DNA of 64,000 nucleotides. Source: Amphiscolops sp. MND2022. Lineage: Eukaryota. This document shows, one piece after another, positions 13,026 to 23,695 of this stretch. The translations under genes were made by a program, and so were the position numbers. Under the pieces are notes generated by a model. That model was not told the origin of the DNA. It ran no database searches and worked only from the letters and a program-made list of their open reading frames with translations. How positions within the stretch are numbered: the first letter of the stretch is position 1; each line of letters opens with the position of its first letter. The stretch covers positions 70,370,001 through 70,434,000 of the forward strand of contig OZ076415.1 of assembly GCA_964187785.1 (NCBI GenBank), written 5' to 3'.

Positions 13026-13415
13026 TGTTGTGTAACAAGAAGGTTGAATTAAAACGAAGAAATAGCAAAGCGCTATGACCCGAGTGGTAAAATACTTTGA
13101 AGCTATAGATCGTGGGTTTTAATCTCGATAATATTTATCCTTTGTTATCTCGCAAAATAGAATATTCTCACGTTTTCAAATAATATGAAAAAACTTTATC
13201 CTTGCTATCGCGAAATTTAATTGATGTTTGCTGTTATTTGTAAACAAATTGTGTTCTTTTCTCATTTGATTAAATTTTTATATTGATTTGCAATAACATT
13301 TCGGGCCGAAGTATTGCAGAAGATTGATTGTCATCGATCCAAATAGGTTATTCCTTCCTGTCCCCTTCTGACAAAACGATCTGAAGAGTTACTCAGAGAC
13401 TACATTTATTTTACA
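13026..13415 (+). repeat. BEL/Pao 3' LTR
   Basis: Starts TGTTG right after a purine tract, ends TTTTACA, and is homologous to 907-1301. Confidence 0.75.
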
Positions 13416-14359
13416 AAGGCTCTCAAAACAATTCAGGAGTTAGCAAGTGCCTTGATCTAACTGAAGCCTAAATAAGACTGTACAGACAGTAACCGCTGGA
13501 CTCCCAATAGCTGCCCAGTATCTCATTGTTATGATGCAAGACCACAAAGATGATCTTTTTGAGTTTTCCAGAGGCAGTGCTGGTCTATATGACTGACCCC
13601 AAATGGTACAATAGACGCTATGAGCGGCCGAATCTGATCTCAAAGACTTTGACGTCAGTAAACGGTGTTCTAGACCGCACAGTAAGGTATCAAGCATAAA
13701 TTGCTTTACGCACTCCGCGGGTTTATCCGGCAGCGTTTGTGCATGAAAATCTTCAAAATGGTGTTATGACCGTCGCGGTCACAAGGGTGGAATTTGGTCT
13801 GGAGTCGCAAATTCAGTGTCCAGGCCTAGTAGACACAGTAATGTCCAAGCTATCAGGTCTGGATCTAACTGTCAAGGTGTCCAAGGAAGTTACGACCGTA
13901 CCCAGGTAGGTAGTTGTACTTCAAAGTGACCGCAGTAACCAAAAACTATCGACAAAAAAACTGGTCGTTACCCCCGTGGGCTCATGAAAAACAAGCACCC
14001 GATGTACGTCTCCAAGAAGGCTCCTCATGCCTGAAGCATGCTAATGCTCGCAGTCAAGTGAAGCGATCTTGAGCAGCAAATATAGCTTCTTAAAAGTATT
14101 AATCCTTCCGACAATGTCACTGGAAGTGATTATGCTCGCAGTGGGACAATGCACCAGCTTTTACTTTTTTCCTATGTTGAAAAATCCGTCCGTAAGCGTG
14201 TCTTGGATTCCGCAAAACCGTGTCGTGGTTTCCGCAAAATCGCAAGAAAAAGCTTGTCTATGCACTGTAAAGAACTGAGCAGTTGTAAGCCGGATTTGGC
14301 CACAGAGGCGGATAAGCGACATTATTAGTTAATGAGACAGCACGTTGGAGGTGTCACTG

Positions 14360-15589
14360 TTTTTAGTCGGCGCTTTTAGAAAAGAGCTACTCATGGCCTA
14401 GTGGTTACCGCGAGGGGTCTGAGAAGAATGAGAATTTGTGTTCCAGTCTCGCACTCAACCATTTTTTCAGTTTTCAAAAGTACGGACGCGACCAAAGGAT
14501 CCCCCTTTAGATTATTGTCGGCACTGTGCGACTTTTGTTCAATTTTGACAGGCGACCATGGTCTTACTACAACTCTAGACATCAGTTTTTGTCCCAAAAG
14601 TGGTCTCCTAGGGTGACTTTCCTAACGTCGAAGTGACTCCTCATTTAGAGCTCCGAGGCGACGTGCTGGGGCATTCAAATCCGGACACGTTCCACAAGCA
14701 CTTAAAACGAGTCCCAAGATTTCTTCGACTTCCTTCATACTCCCGAGTTCAAAAAGGCATTTATTTGAAATAAATCCTATTCCTTTCCCTTTCTGTCTCC
14801 CGGAAACATCGTCATTGTCTGCTGGGTTCAAGATGGTACACACAGTGTCGTATCTCGCTTTTGGGGAAGATAAGTAGCTTTCTTGTTGACATCTGGACGC
14901 TTTTTCATTCTTTTTTTGTCTGGGGTGTTCTCTCGTTTTGTCCTAGTGCATCGTCTTCTGAACTGATTTTGGGGTACTTGCTAGGTCGGCCAAGTCACAA
15001 TTAGAGTTTTTCCAAAATTTCTTACAGGTACCCTGTCACAAGGCTGGTGGACGTTACACATCAATTGATGTGATTTCACTTTTGGCCTCTTTCTATATTT
15101 AGCAAGTGCAAAGCGTTTTGCGAGCAGAGAGGGCTGTTCGTTTCTGGCTCAATGCGACTTACCTATTTAAAAATTTCTCGTTGAAAAAAATTTATCGAAA
15201 TATTTTTCTCAATTTCTTTGTTTCTGAGGTTTTCTGAAAGTAAGACACTTTTGCAGTCCAACTGGTGACCTCGTTGATTATTTTTTGGTCATGTGAAAAG
15301 TATTAGAGTTTTCTCAGTAAGTGTGGAATTGACATGTGGTATTTTTTGGCACTGAGGAACTTCGACAGAAAATTGTCTTTGGTCAATGTCAACCCCTTTC
15401 ACTTTCTTGAAAGTTTTCAGCCTTTTTCAGTCATTCCACACCATATTAGAGTCCTATGTATGTGCAATGACATCAAAATCGTAAAACTAGGATCTGAGAA
15501 TCATTGAAAATATTAGTCAGAAAATCTTGAAAAATCCTGCGACAGTAAAGTAAATTCTTTCTTTGTCAATATTTTAATCCTTTTCCGCC
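14360..15589 (-). mobile_element. Long HINE-like family copy, tail portion (interrupted by the Gypsy element)
   Basis: TTTTTAGTCGGCGCTTTT (family tail, reverse strand) at 14360. The reverse complement of 14560-14960 matches blocks of the 32631-34316 unit (GAGCTCTAAAT, CCTAGGAGAC, GTTGTAGTAAG, GACCTAGCA). Confidence 0.55.
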
Positions 15590-16621
15590 TGTCGGAACGT
15601 GTATCAGATTCATTTGATGTGGTGACGTTAGGTACGTTCCCTTCTCTATTGCTAGAGGATGGCTTTTCATTAGACGATATTTTCTCGGTCAGAGCAAGAA
15701 CTAAGTTTGTCAGTTCATTTATTTGTCTAGTCATTTCAGTAAATCTCTGATTTACTACTCGACGTTCTGACTCGCCACTGTAATCCAATAAATTCCCGTT
15801 GTCAAACTCACTCATCTGTTCTCTCGTGAGAACTTCTGGGACACTGCTCTCACTTTCGGTATCGCTATGTCGATCTGTTCGGCACATGAAGGTATGCTGG
15901 TTGTCTGTTACTTGGGATCTCGTATTAACCATTTTGAAGAGATATTGGATTTTTGAGGTTGTATTGATTGATTATGAGAAAGGTTAAGTATTTTGGTAAC
16001 AAATCGTGTTTAACTGAGAGGTACGTACTTAGCAACTGTATCGCAATCTATCGCAAATTCTACTGATGTTACTATTTCACTTGGTAATAATTATGGCGAC
16101 GTTGGTCACGTGACCACATCAACCAATCATATTTCTATTTTTCGTTCGCACCTTTGTTAGTAATTGCGCAATATGGTCGCAGCTCCAAAATGAATGTAGT
16201 TACGTTGCTATGGTTACATGACTCAAATTTGGTATAATGATGTGGTTGCACTACTAGCATCATATATGTGAATGGTTAATGTATATAATTGTTTACATGA
16301 CTAACTGCACCAGAACGAAATCTGATGATGGTGTATCAGCCACATTACTTTCACTTTTAACTAAAAGTTCACGAGATTGATTTAAATAACATGCATAACA
16401 AATGTATGAAATATGGGAGATAATAGTAAAGTTATTTGGGGAATGAATAGAAATGATGCTTTTTAGCAGATTCGAGTTCGAGTTTTATGATGTGGTTGAC
16501 TTCACCACATTCTTCCCTTTCATCATCATTCTTTTACTGTTTTGACATTTTGTTTCTAGTTCAGGTATGCAGGATGGTTGACCACATCATTGTTTGATAT
16601 TTTCATGCGTCAGGCATGACA
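15590..16621 (-). repeat. Gypsy 3' LTR
   Basis: TG...CA termini; near-identical to 29820-30851 (about 6 substitutions by eye). Carries a copy of the first 114 gag codons, which explains the 15513-15932 ORF. Confidence 0.95.
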
Positions 16622-16754
16622 CTACGGGTCTTTTTTGAAAAAGAACATGTGGCTGAAATGGCGAAATGTCTCGTTCAGTTGGTTGGTAGATTGGACGCGG
16701 TATGCTAATGAGCAAGGTTGAAATTGCTGTATTCGTTAATTAGATTGAGCGCTC

Positions 16755-16930
16755 ATGTTGTTATGGTGACCACATTAGTAGTTGCGAGTTGACTTCGTGG
16801 TTGGAAATGAGCAGTGATGTTGTTATAGCAACAACATTGGTAGTGGCGGGATGACATCACGGTCGGAAATAAGCAGCGATGTTGTTATAGTAACCACATT
16901 GGTAGTGGCGAATTGATTTCGTGATTGAAA
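16755..16930. repeat. 62-bp tandem repeat, about 2.8 degenerate units
   Basis: ATGTTGTTATRGYRACMACATTRGTAGTKGCG recurs at 16755, 16817 and 16879. Confidence 0.8.
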
Positions 16931-17602
16931 ATATTCGAGTAGATTGTCGCTTCGGCTCGATATGGCGAGTGAGCGAAGAAAATGTTGGTCACGCATTGGC
17001 TGTTCCACTTCGGTAAAGAGTAAATATAGAGCCGATGTGGCGAGGGTAGCCACGTCATCCAATCGTGCGCATCGTTTGCAGTAAGAGAGTTAAAATAAGA
17101 ATGAATTTGCCGGAAATTAATCTAACGTGGCAGCGTCATATAATTACTCGGCTCATCCGGTAATCGTTCGGAAGTGGTTGTAGTGGAACATCGTGCGCTC
17201 TGTAAACAATTCTTCGTCGATGCCAAATACGAGAAGCAAAAATTTCTCCAGTATATTCTTTTGTGCGATTCTTCGGCAATTCAGTTCGGCCGCGGCTTAC
17301 TGAGTGATTGTATCAATGATCAAGTGGGCTATAATTAGGATAAGCCAGGGAGTCGTATTGTGATTTTGGAGGATTTTTCGGGTAGGCTTTGGCCCTTTTT
17401 GGAGTAGTGTGGTTGGTGAATTTCAGGAATTAGGTTATCCCTTTGGATTTTTTGGGTAGTTACTTTGCATAGACAATGTGGGTGATCAGTCCACATGATC
17501 ATTGGAAGTTACTTTGAACCTCAGTAAATCGCAAACGACTGTGTGCTTTCAGTTCAATAGCCTCAAGTTGATTACTTTTCAGACTTGCTTGTTATTACTG
17601 TC

Positions 17603-20600
17603 ATGAGTTCACCGGCGCAGGAAGGGCCGTCCCAGGCTGATGCAGAAGTAGCTGCAGTTGTGTTGGCAGCAGAAGGAGTGCTCACCGAGCTGGAGCAGTT
17701 CAGTTTCTCTTCGATAGGTAGTGAATTGCCTGCTGCTGTCGAGGAAGCCCTGTCGGGAGAGCGTTTTGGAACGTGTTGTCGCTTTGCGGGCAAGGTGACT
17801 GCTTCCAACAATGAGGCAGCTAACACGTTGTTGGAGATTGCGCTATCGAGTGAATTCCGTGAGTAGTCTCATTATTTCTTTTCTTTTGCCCTTCGCTGTG
17901 TGTAATTAGCGCTCAGGTAGTTTTGTAGGACAGTGACTTCCGTAGTCGTGGGTCACAAGTAGTTTTTTCGAAATAATAACCGATAAAGGTTATCTTTCCT
18001 TCAGAGCATTCTGAATTATTGTAAGCCAGTAGTATGTCGTTTGAGCGGTACTAGCATTGAGGCATGTGTACTTCCCGGGATCTAATGCTCTGGGTAACTG
18101 AGGAGGTGGCTAATGAGACATTATTGTGCTTCAGAAGATTTATCGCTTGTAGACGTCGTAAAGTTACTCCGCTCACTGCTGGCTTCGAAACGAGGTGATG
18201 CCGCGGGTGGTTCAGCCGAAATAACTGCTGTGGAAGATCGCTTCAGTTCCGTCCTTGCTGGTGAACTGGGTAAGTGGTCGGTTGTCATACATCATATCGA
18301 GTATACTACTAGTCTTGGTTCGGTGTTTGGGTCGGCTGTGGTCCGTATGTCGTGTGACACACGTCATATAGCGGAAAAACTGATTTGTGTTGTAGGAACT
18401 TCTGCTGGCGTGCCCGTGACAAGGGCTGAAATGGAGTCTTCGCTGGCACGAATGACGAAAGAATTGTCAGAGACAATCAACGCAGTAATAGATGCGAAGT
18501 TCGGAGAGTTGGGTCCTGCTGGTGTGTTGGCAATCGAAGACTGTGTGCAGAAGTTAAAGGCGGCTACGGACCAACTTGCGGGGGTTGCAACGACTTCTGG
18601 GAGCGGGGCGGATCAGGTCGTACCAGCTGTGCCTCCCGTTCAGTTGGAAGAGTCGATCAGTCCTGTGGCCGTTAGTAGTGCAGCGTCCTTCAGTCCAAGT
18701 CAGTTGTCCGATGTGCCAACTGCGTTCGGAGGAGTGCGGTCGTTGGTGTCGACGGGTGGAGGAGCTGCTACCTCATCAAAACCTGGTAAAGAATCTCAAA
18801 AGATCATGGGAGGGGTTTTAGTAACAGTTCCCAAACTCAAGGCATATAGGAGACTACACACTTTTTTTTGAAGTTAACGGGGGGTTAGGAGTCGTTGCTA
18901 GCACTATTTTGGGTTGCTGGTTTGCGTGTGAGTGTGTCGATTATTTCAGCGCGAGTGAGGAAAGTGAAGACGTTGAAGCCGTCATACTTTGTCTCAGGCG
19001 TGGTCGGGACTTTCGTGGGCTTCCCCCGACACAAACGAGTGGTGGATGGCTACGCTAGATGTCTCCTCTGTAAAGTAGATCTCAGCATTGCTGGGCGTGG
19101 CTTGTCTTCGTTGTGGGAACATTGGCGAGGCGTAGGACATACGCGCCTTGAGCAAAAGTATCGCATAATGATGCAAATGCCACTACTTGATAAAGCTTGC
19201 CGCCCAGTAACCGCAGAGGAGGATAGACGAATTCGCCAAGAAAGGATGACAGAGCCTCCAGTGTATCTGGAGTCCGAGTTGAGTTTGTCCGTGGATGAGA
19301 GGGTCGCGATTGAAGAGGCCGAAGCGTCTGCTGGTGAAAGACCAACATTGCCTACAGAGAGTGCGGCTTACCTGTGGTTAGGCCAATACATAAGCAGCTT
19401 TTGCAATGTTGCTTCGTTCGGTTCTGTGATGAGGATGGTGGAGTCATGGCGAGATGGTATGAGTGCTGAGCTACGTGTCGAGTGTCGCTCCTTGACTTAT
19501 GCCCGATGTCAGGTACGTATATACATTTGCTGTTTTTGGGCTTTAGTACTGAATGCGTGTTTGCGGGCTTTGGTTGTGAAAAGGGGGGGGGTTTCTTAAC
19601 GCGTTGATATGGGTACAGTTGTTTTTGTGTGAATCTATGAGGTGAAGGTGAGCTCCTCATTTGTGTGATTGGCTGTGTTTACAGAGTTTGGTGTTGTACG
19701 GACTGTACCGGTTCGTCGTCGAACAGTTGGACTGTCTGCTATCCCGTGGTAAGAACGTTGGTTTGAGCTTGAGAAGACAGAACTCTGATTGGATCTGTGA
19801 GTGTCATGTGGTCGGAGACTGCGCGATCAAGACTGTGGTTTTTGGCGTAGTGGCCGCCGGAGCTGGGTGGGAGACGAGTATGATTGCCAATGTAGCACCA
19901 GTGTTACTCAGTTTGCAACATGCCTCAAATATCAAGATGTACAGCACTGAGTCTGAGACCCGAATTGGACATGCTCTAGCAGCAGCAATTGGAATCACTG
20001 ATCCCTTGGTTGTCGGTCGAGTGACCCAAATATGGTTGTTGGATCTCGTGAGGAAGCAATTCCTAGCGGAATTTGGCGGTCTCGACCCACTCAGCGTGTT
20101 GGACTACTTGCGTGTTCGTTTAGCCGCTGTAGTGCAGGAGGGCTTCATGGATCGATTGCCGAAACTTAGACGAGTAAGTATTTGGCATTATCGTTTATGA
20201 TGTGGTTATGTATAGGACATTGGTTTGTTAATATATACACGGATATATTTTATTGTTTTTGGTAAATTGAAACGTTAGGTGCGTAGGCTATGACAGTAAG
20301 TAGATTATGTCAAACTTTCAGCTGTGTTTTGTTTTGCAGTTCATTCGCTTTGGAGGGAGTGATGTGGTTGTGTTGGCCTCATTGTGTACTGAAGTCGTTG
20401 AGCACTGGAATGATCTAGCTGTGTACTTTGGCACTCACAGGCCTAACGTGACTTCTGAGCTGCGTCTGGTTACTCCGCTTGAGGTGCAAGTTTTCGACGA
20501 TGCAATGATGCGCCCCCGGTTTGCTGTGTTACGACTCATTCTGGATTTGCGTTAGTTGTCACACGTTTCGATTTTTTTTTTGTTTTTTTTTTTGTTTTTT

Positions 20601-22096
20601 TTTTGTTGATTTTTTTTGTTTGGGTTTTGAATTTGGTGTGATGTAGTAAGTGGCTAGACATAGGCGCGGTTTTCAATATGACTCTTTTGGTGAAGTAATC
20701 CTAAGTCAGAAAAAAGAGGGTATGAACGCTGATTCATGTGTTTTGTTTTGTGTTTGCAGTAGTCGAGACTTGTCCGCGTTTGTGCAGAAGTGGCAGAGAC
20801 AGTAACATGTTAGCAGAGCGCGAGCTGTCACAATTCGTCCGAAAACTTATGTGTTTCGTGTATCCGCCTTCAGTGATCCCTGCGGAATTTGAAGTGAGAG
20901 CCCTGCTGACACCGGTAGACTGCGAGTACGCGACAGTGGACGAGGGCCTTTACAAGCTGCACTTCGGGCAATATTTCCGATACGACGTACGAACCCAGTT
21001 GCCGTTCTTTTATAGATCGGTTCAGAAATTGTTGGGCGTTGTTTGTCGGGAAGTAACAGGAGCATGGGAGCAAGGTGCTATTAGTCACTTTAGTATGACC
21101 CCGTTTGATCCAGAATTGATTCACAGAGGATCTGACGATCGGTGTATCGATGCTCTGGTTGGCACGTGTGCTACTCTGTCGAGATATCAACTCCTTGATG
21201 ATGACGATGTTACTGCTGTACTACGACAATATCGGGAAGTGACACAATTCTTCAAGAAGAAGTGGACGTTGACAGAAAATGCACCGGTAGTTGACGACGT
21301 GGTAACTATGTGGTTCTCTTATCCCTACTGGTCACGATGTCAAGAGTTGTTGACCGTGGTCAACATTCTGTTTGGGCTGAATGCAGTTGGGACTTATGAG
21401 CTAGATTTTGTCGATGATGTGGACGTTGCGATGCCGGTAGATACCCTACGTTCCAGTTTACATTTTGTTCGGAGTTGGCTTGCCAAGTCTTATGCGGGAC
21501 AGACGCGTCAAACTCTAACTGGATTGCTACGAGTGTGCGAGACGAGTGATATGCAGGTCACTCGGTTATCCGATGAGGCCCGAAGTAGACCATGGGATCA
21601 GCTGATGAAATCTGGGTTAGGGGAAGCCTTGGCACGTGGTAATGCTACTTTGTCCAATGAACTGTCACTCCCTACCACGGTGCAGATAGATGATTACCGG
21701 TCGAACGTATTGGCGCAACTTGATCTTGTGGAAGTGCTGAGTCCTCCCCGTCCCGGAAGGCGTAGCAGCCCGGTTCTTAAGCGTGGTACCTCAGTTAAGA
21801 AAGTTGTTCGGCGACAAGAAGACGTTACGTTGCCAGCAAGTGGATCTACCCCTATTCGGTCGTTGCAGCGAAGCAGGACGTCAATTCGGAAAAGTGTGAA
21901 GAGCGCAGTTCGTGAAGGGCCGTCTACAAGTCGTCAGTCTAGCGGGCGCCGGACTGGTGGAAAACCTCGGGGCAAGAAGTTTTTGCAGTTAGCAACCGTT
22001 GGTGACTCCGATAATGACTCGGCTAATGAAGTGGTTGTGAGTGGAAAGAAACGGCAAAGCCGTTGTGCACTATACTCATCGGATGAGCAAGATTAG
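17603..22096 (+). CDS. Spliced 1126-aa zinc-finger protein, probably hAT-transposase-derived, antisense within the Gypsy element
   Basis: Exons 17603-17858, 18135-18269, 18396-18785, 18950-19512, 19685-20173, 20340-20550 and 20760-22096 total 3381 nt, i.e. 1126 aa plus stop. All six introns are GT..AG (donors GTGAGT, GTAAGT, GTAAAG, GTACGT, GTAAGT, GTTAGT; acceptors CAG/TAG after T-rich tracts) with matching phases 1,1,1,0,0,1. Zinc finger CLLC-x16-H-x5-H at 19060-19140. ATTAAA at 22163. Confidence 0.85.
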
Positions 22097-23695
22097 AAGA
22101 AACTGGATAGAGAACATTTCGTGATTGAGTCAATTATTTTGCATTTGTTTTTTGTTTTTATTATTAAACGTTTGAAGTTGGGATATTTGTTCTTGGCATG
22201 TTGACGTGCCTTTTGCTGTTACTATTTGGTGTTTGTGTATTCCTCGCTCTAGATGCTTGATGGTTTATATGTAGACTTTACATGCGTTGTTTACATACTT
22301 TTAGTAGTGCTGATTGATTTCTTGGCTCAGCTTTGATTTCACGCGTGAGCAGGTGGTTAATTTACATGTTGCTTACGTTATACAAATTTTTTACATTGGG
22401 GCTTCGTTAGCTGGTTCAATTTGTCAGGAAGCTGAGTAGAGTTGTTTTTTGTTTCAGTGAGATTGTATGGTGGTTACTTGCCTAGCCACCAATTTAGACA
22501 GAGTTTCATTCACGGAGGTTTACCCACAGGTCTCGGAAAGTGGTATTGACGCCCTGTGGTTACACCAAGGTGAATGAACGGAGCTGCACCGCTCCTTCCC
22601 AATGATCGAACTAGATGCTTTGCATGCTATATATACTCTAAGTGCGTGTGTTTTAACTGGTGTTTACACGCATAAGTGTCATTCTAAGGTGTCAATCATT
22701 TTTTTTGTTTTGCTTTATATGTGTTGTTATACTCGTAAAATTGAGCGTTAGTTCTGACGTCGTCATCACTGATGTGTGTCATGAGACGTCATCACTCGTG
22801 ACGTGTGTCAAATGTTAACGTCAATTTAATGGAAGATGGGTTTCCCCATGTCCATTAAACAGATTTTTGTTCTCTTTTACAAGGGATGGTCTGATCCATC
22901 CCTTGTTTCGAGTTTTCGGGTATGTGGTGATAGTGACTACATGTGCTTTAAGTACCTTGTTCTTTCTGACGCGAGGCGAGGCCTACGAATCACCAGTAAG
23001 AACGAGGGTGTCACGACTTAATTGTCGGGTGAAGTTGGCGTGACGACTGCATGTTACTGTCCTTAAGAAGTTTCGCTTTGCTTTCAGTTCATTTGGAAGG
23101 TTATTTGCCGTCGCAAAAACCCATTCAAAACTAACACCGAATCCACTTGCCAAAGAGCAAGCTTCATCTGAATGTTTGTACAACCACACAGACGCGCTTT
23201 TGACGACGCACCCACACAGCCGAACCACATCATGGCTTTCTAGAGCGGAAGTGTGAGACTAGGTTCTGTTGACGTAACTTAAACGAGTCGGTGTTTTCTT
23301 TTTTGTACTCAACTATGGACTGAGACGTGTTTGAAAACAGTTTAGTTTAGCTGATTTAGGATTAGTGGGTGCAGAATTACCGAGCAATTCCTTTGAAAGT
23401 GTGTGGTTGGGATTTTTTGTGAATTGCATAATTTAGTAGGTCGTTTGTACGTGCTTTACATGTACTTAACAATTTCCGGTTGGAGTGATGTGGCGTATGT
23501 GACTGCATTTCATGTATTTACTTTAGCGCTCAGCTGTCTCGGTAGAGAGTAACATTTTACTCTGCCGGTAAACTTGAGTATGTAGGACAGTGAGTATCAG
23601 TCGTCACTGAATGGTGTAAAATAAATAGGATAATTCAATGGTATGATTGCTGCATGTGGTGATATAGACTACATTGTATTGATTGCATGTATTTT

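Larger units (their letters stand above)
907..13415 (+). mobile_element. Degenerate BEL/Pao LTR retrotransposon with nested insertions
   Basis: Diverged direct repeats at about 907-1301 and 13026-13415. PPT-like GGGCCAGGAGGA lies immediately before TGTTG at 13026. The internal region has BEL/Pao gag, protease, RT, RNase H and integrase motifs in order. No TSD recognised. Confidence 0.85.

Noticed and set aside
13416-14350. Possible decayed coding sequence
   Set aside because: Short open stretches only; no family motif could be recognised.
15513-15932. 139-aa ORF as a separate gene
   Set aside because: It is the LTR-encoded gag N-terminus duplicated in the 3' LTR, reading 25 codons into flanking DNA.
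16755-16930. CRISPR-like array
   Set aside because: The units are contiguous degenerate tandem repeats without unique spacers, in a eukaryotic context with no cas genes.
20572-20616. Poly-T/G tract as a retrocopy poly(A) tail
   Set aside because: It lies within predicted intron 6 and has no TSD; best read as an intronic T-rich tract.
17603-22096. Interpreting the extra Gypsy ORFs as an env gene
   Set aside because: They are antisense to gag-pol, spliced, show no evident signal peptide or C-terminal transmembrane anchor, and have a zinc finger and a basic NLS-like tail.
16622-23695. Cargo block as an independently inserted hAT DNA transposon
   Set aside because: No terminal inverted repeats or 8-bp TSD were seen around the gene and the catalytic motifs appear lost. 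Not fully excluded without comparing other copies.
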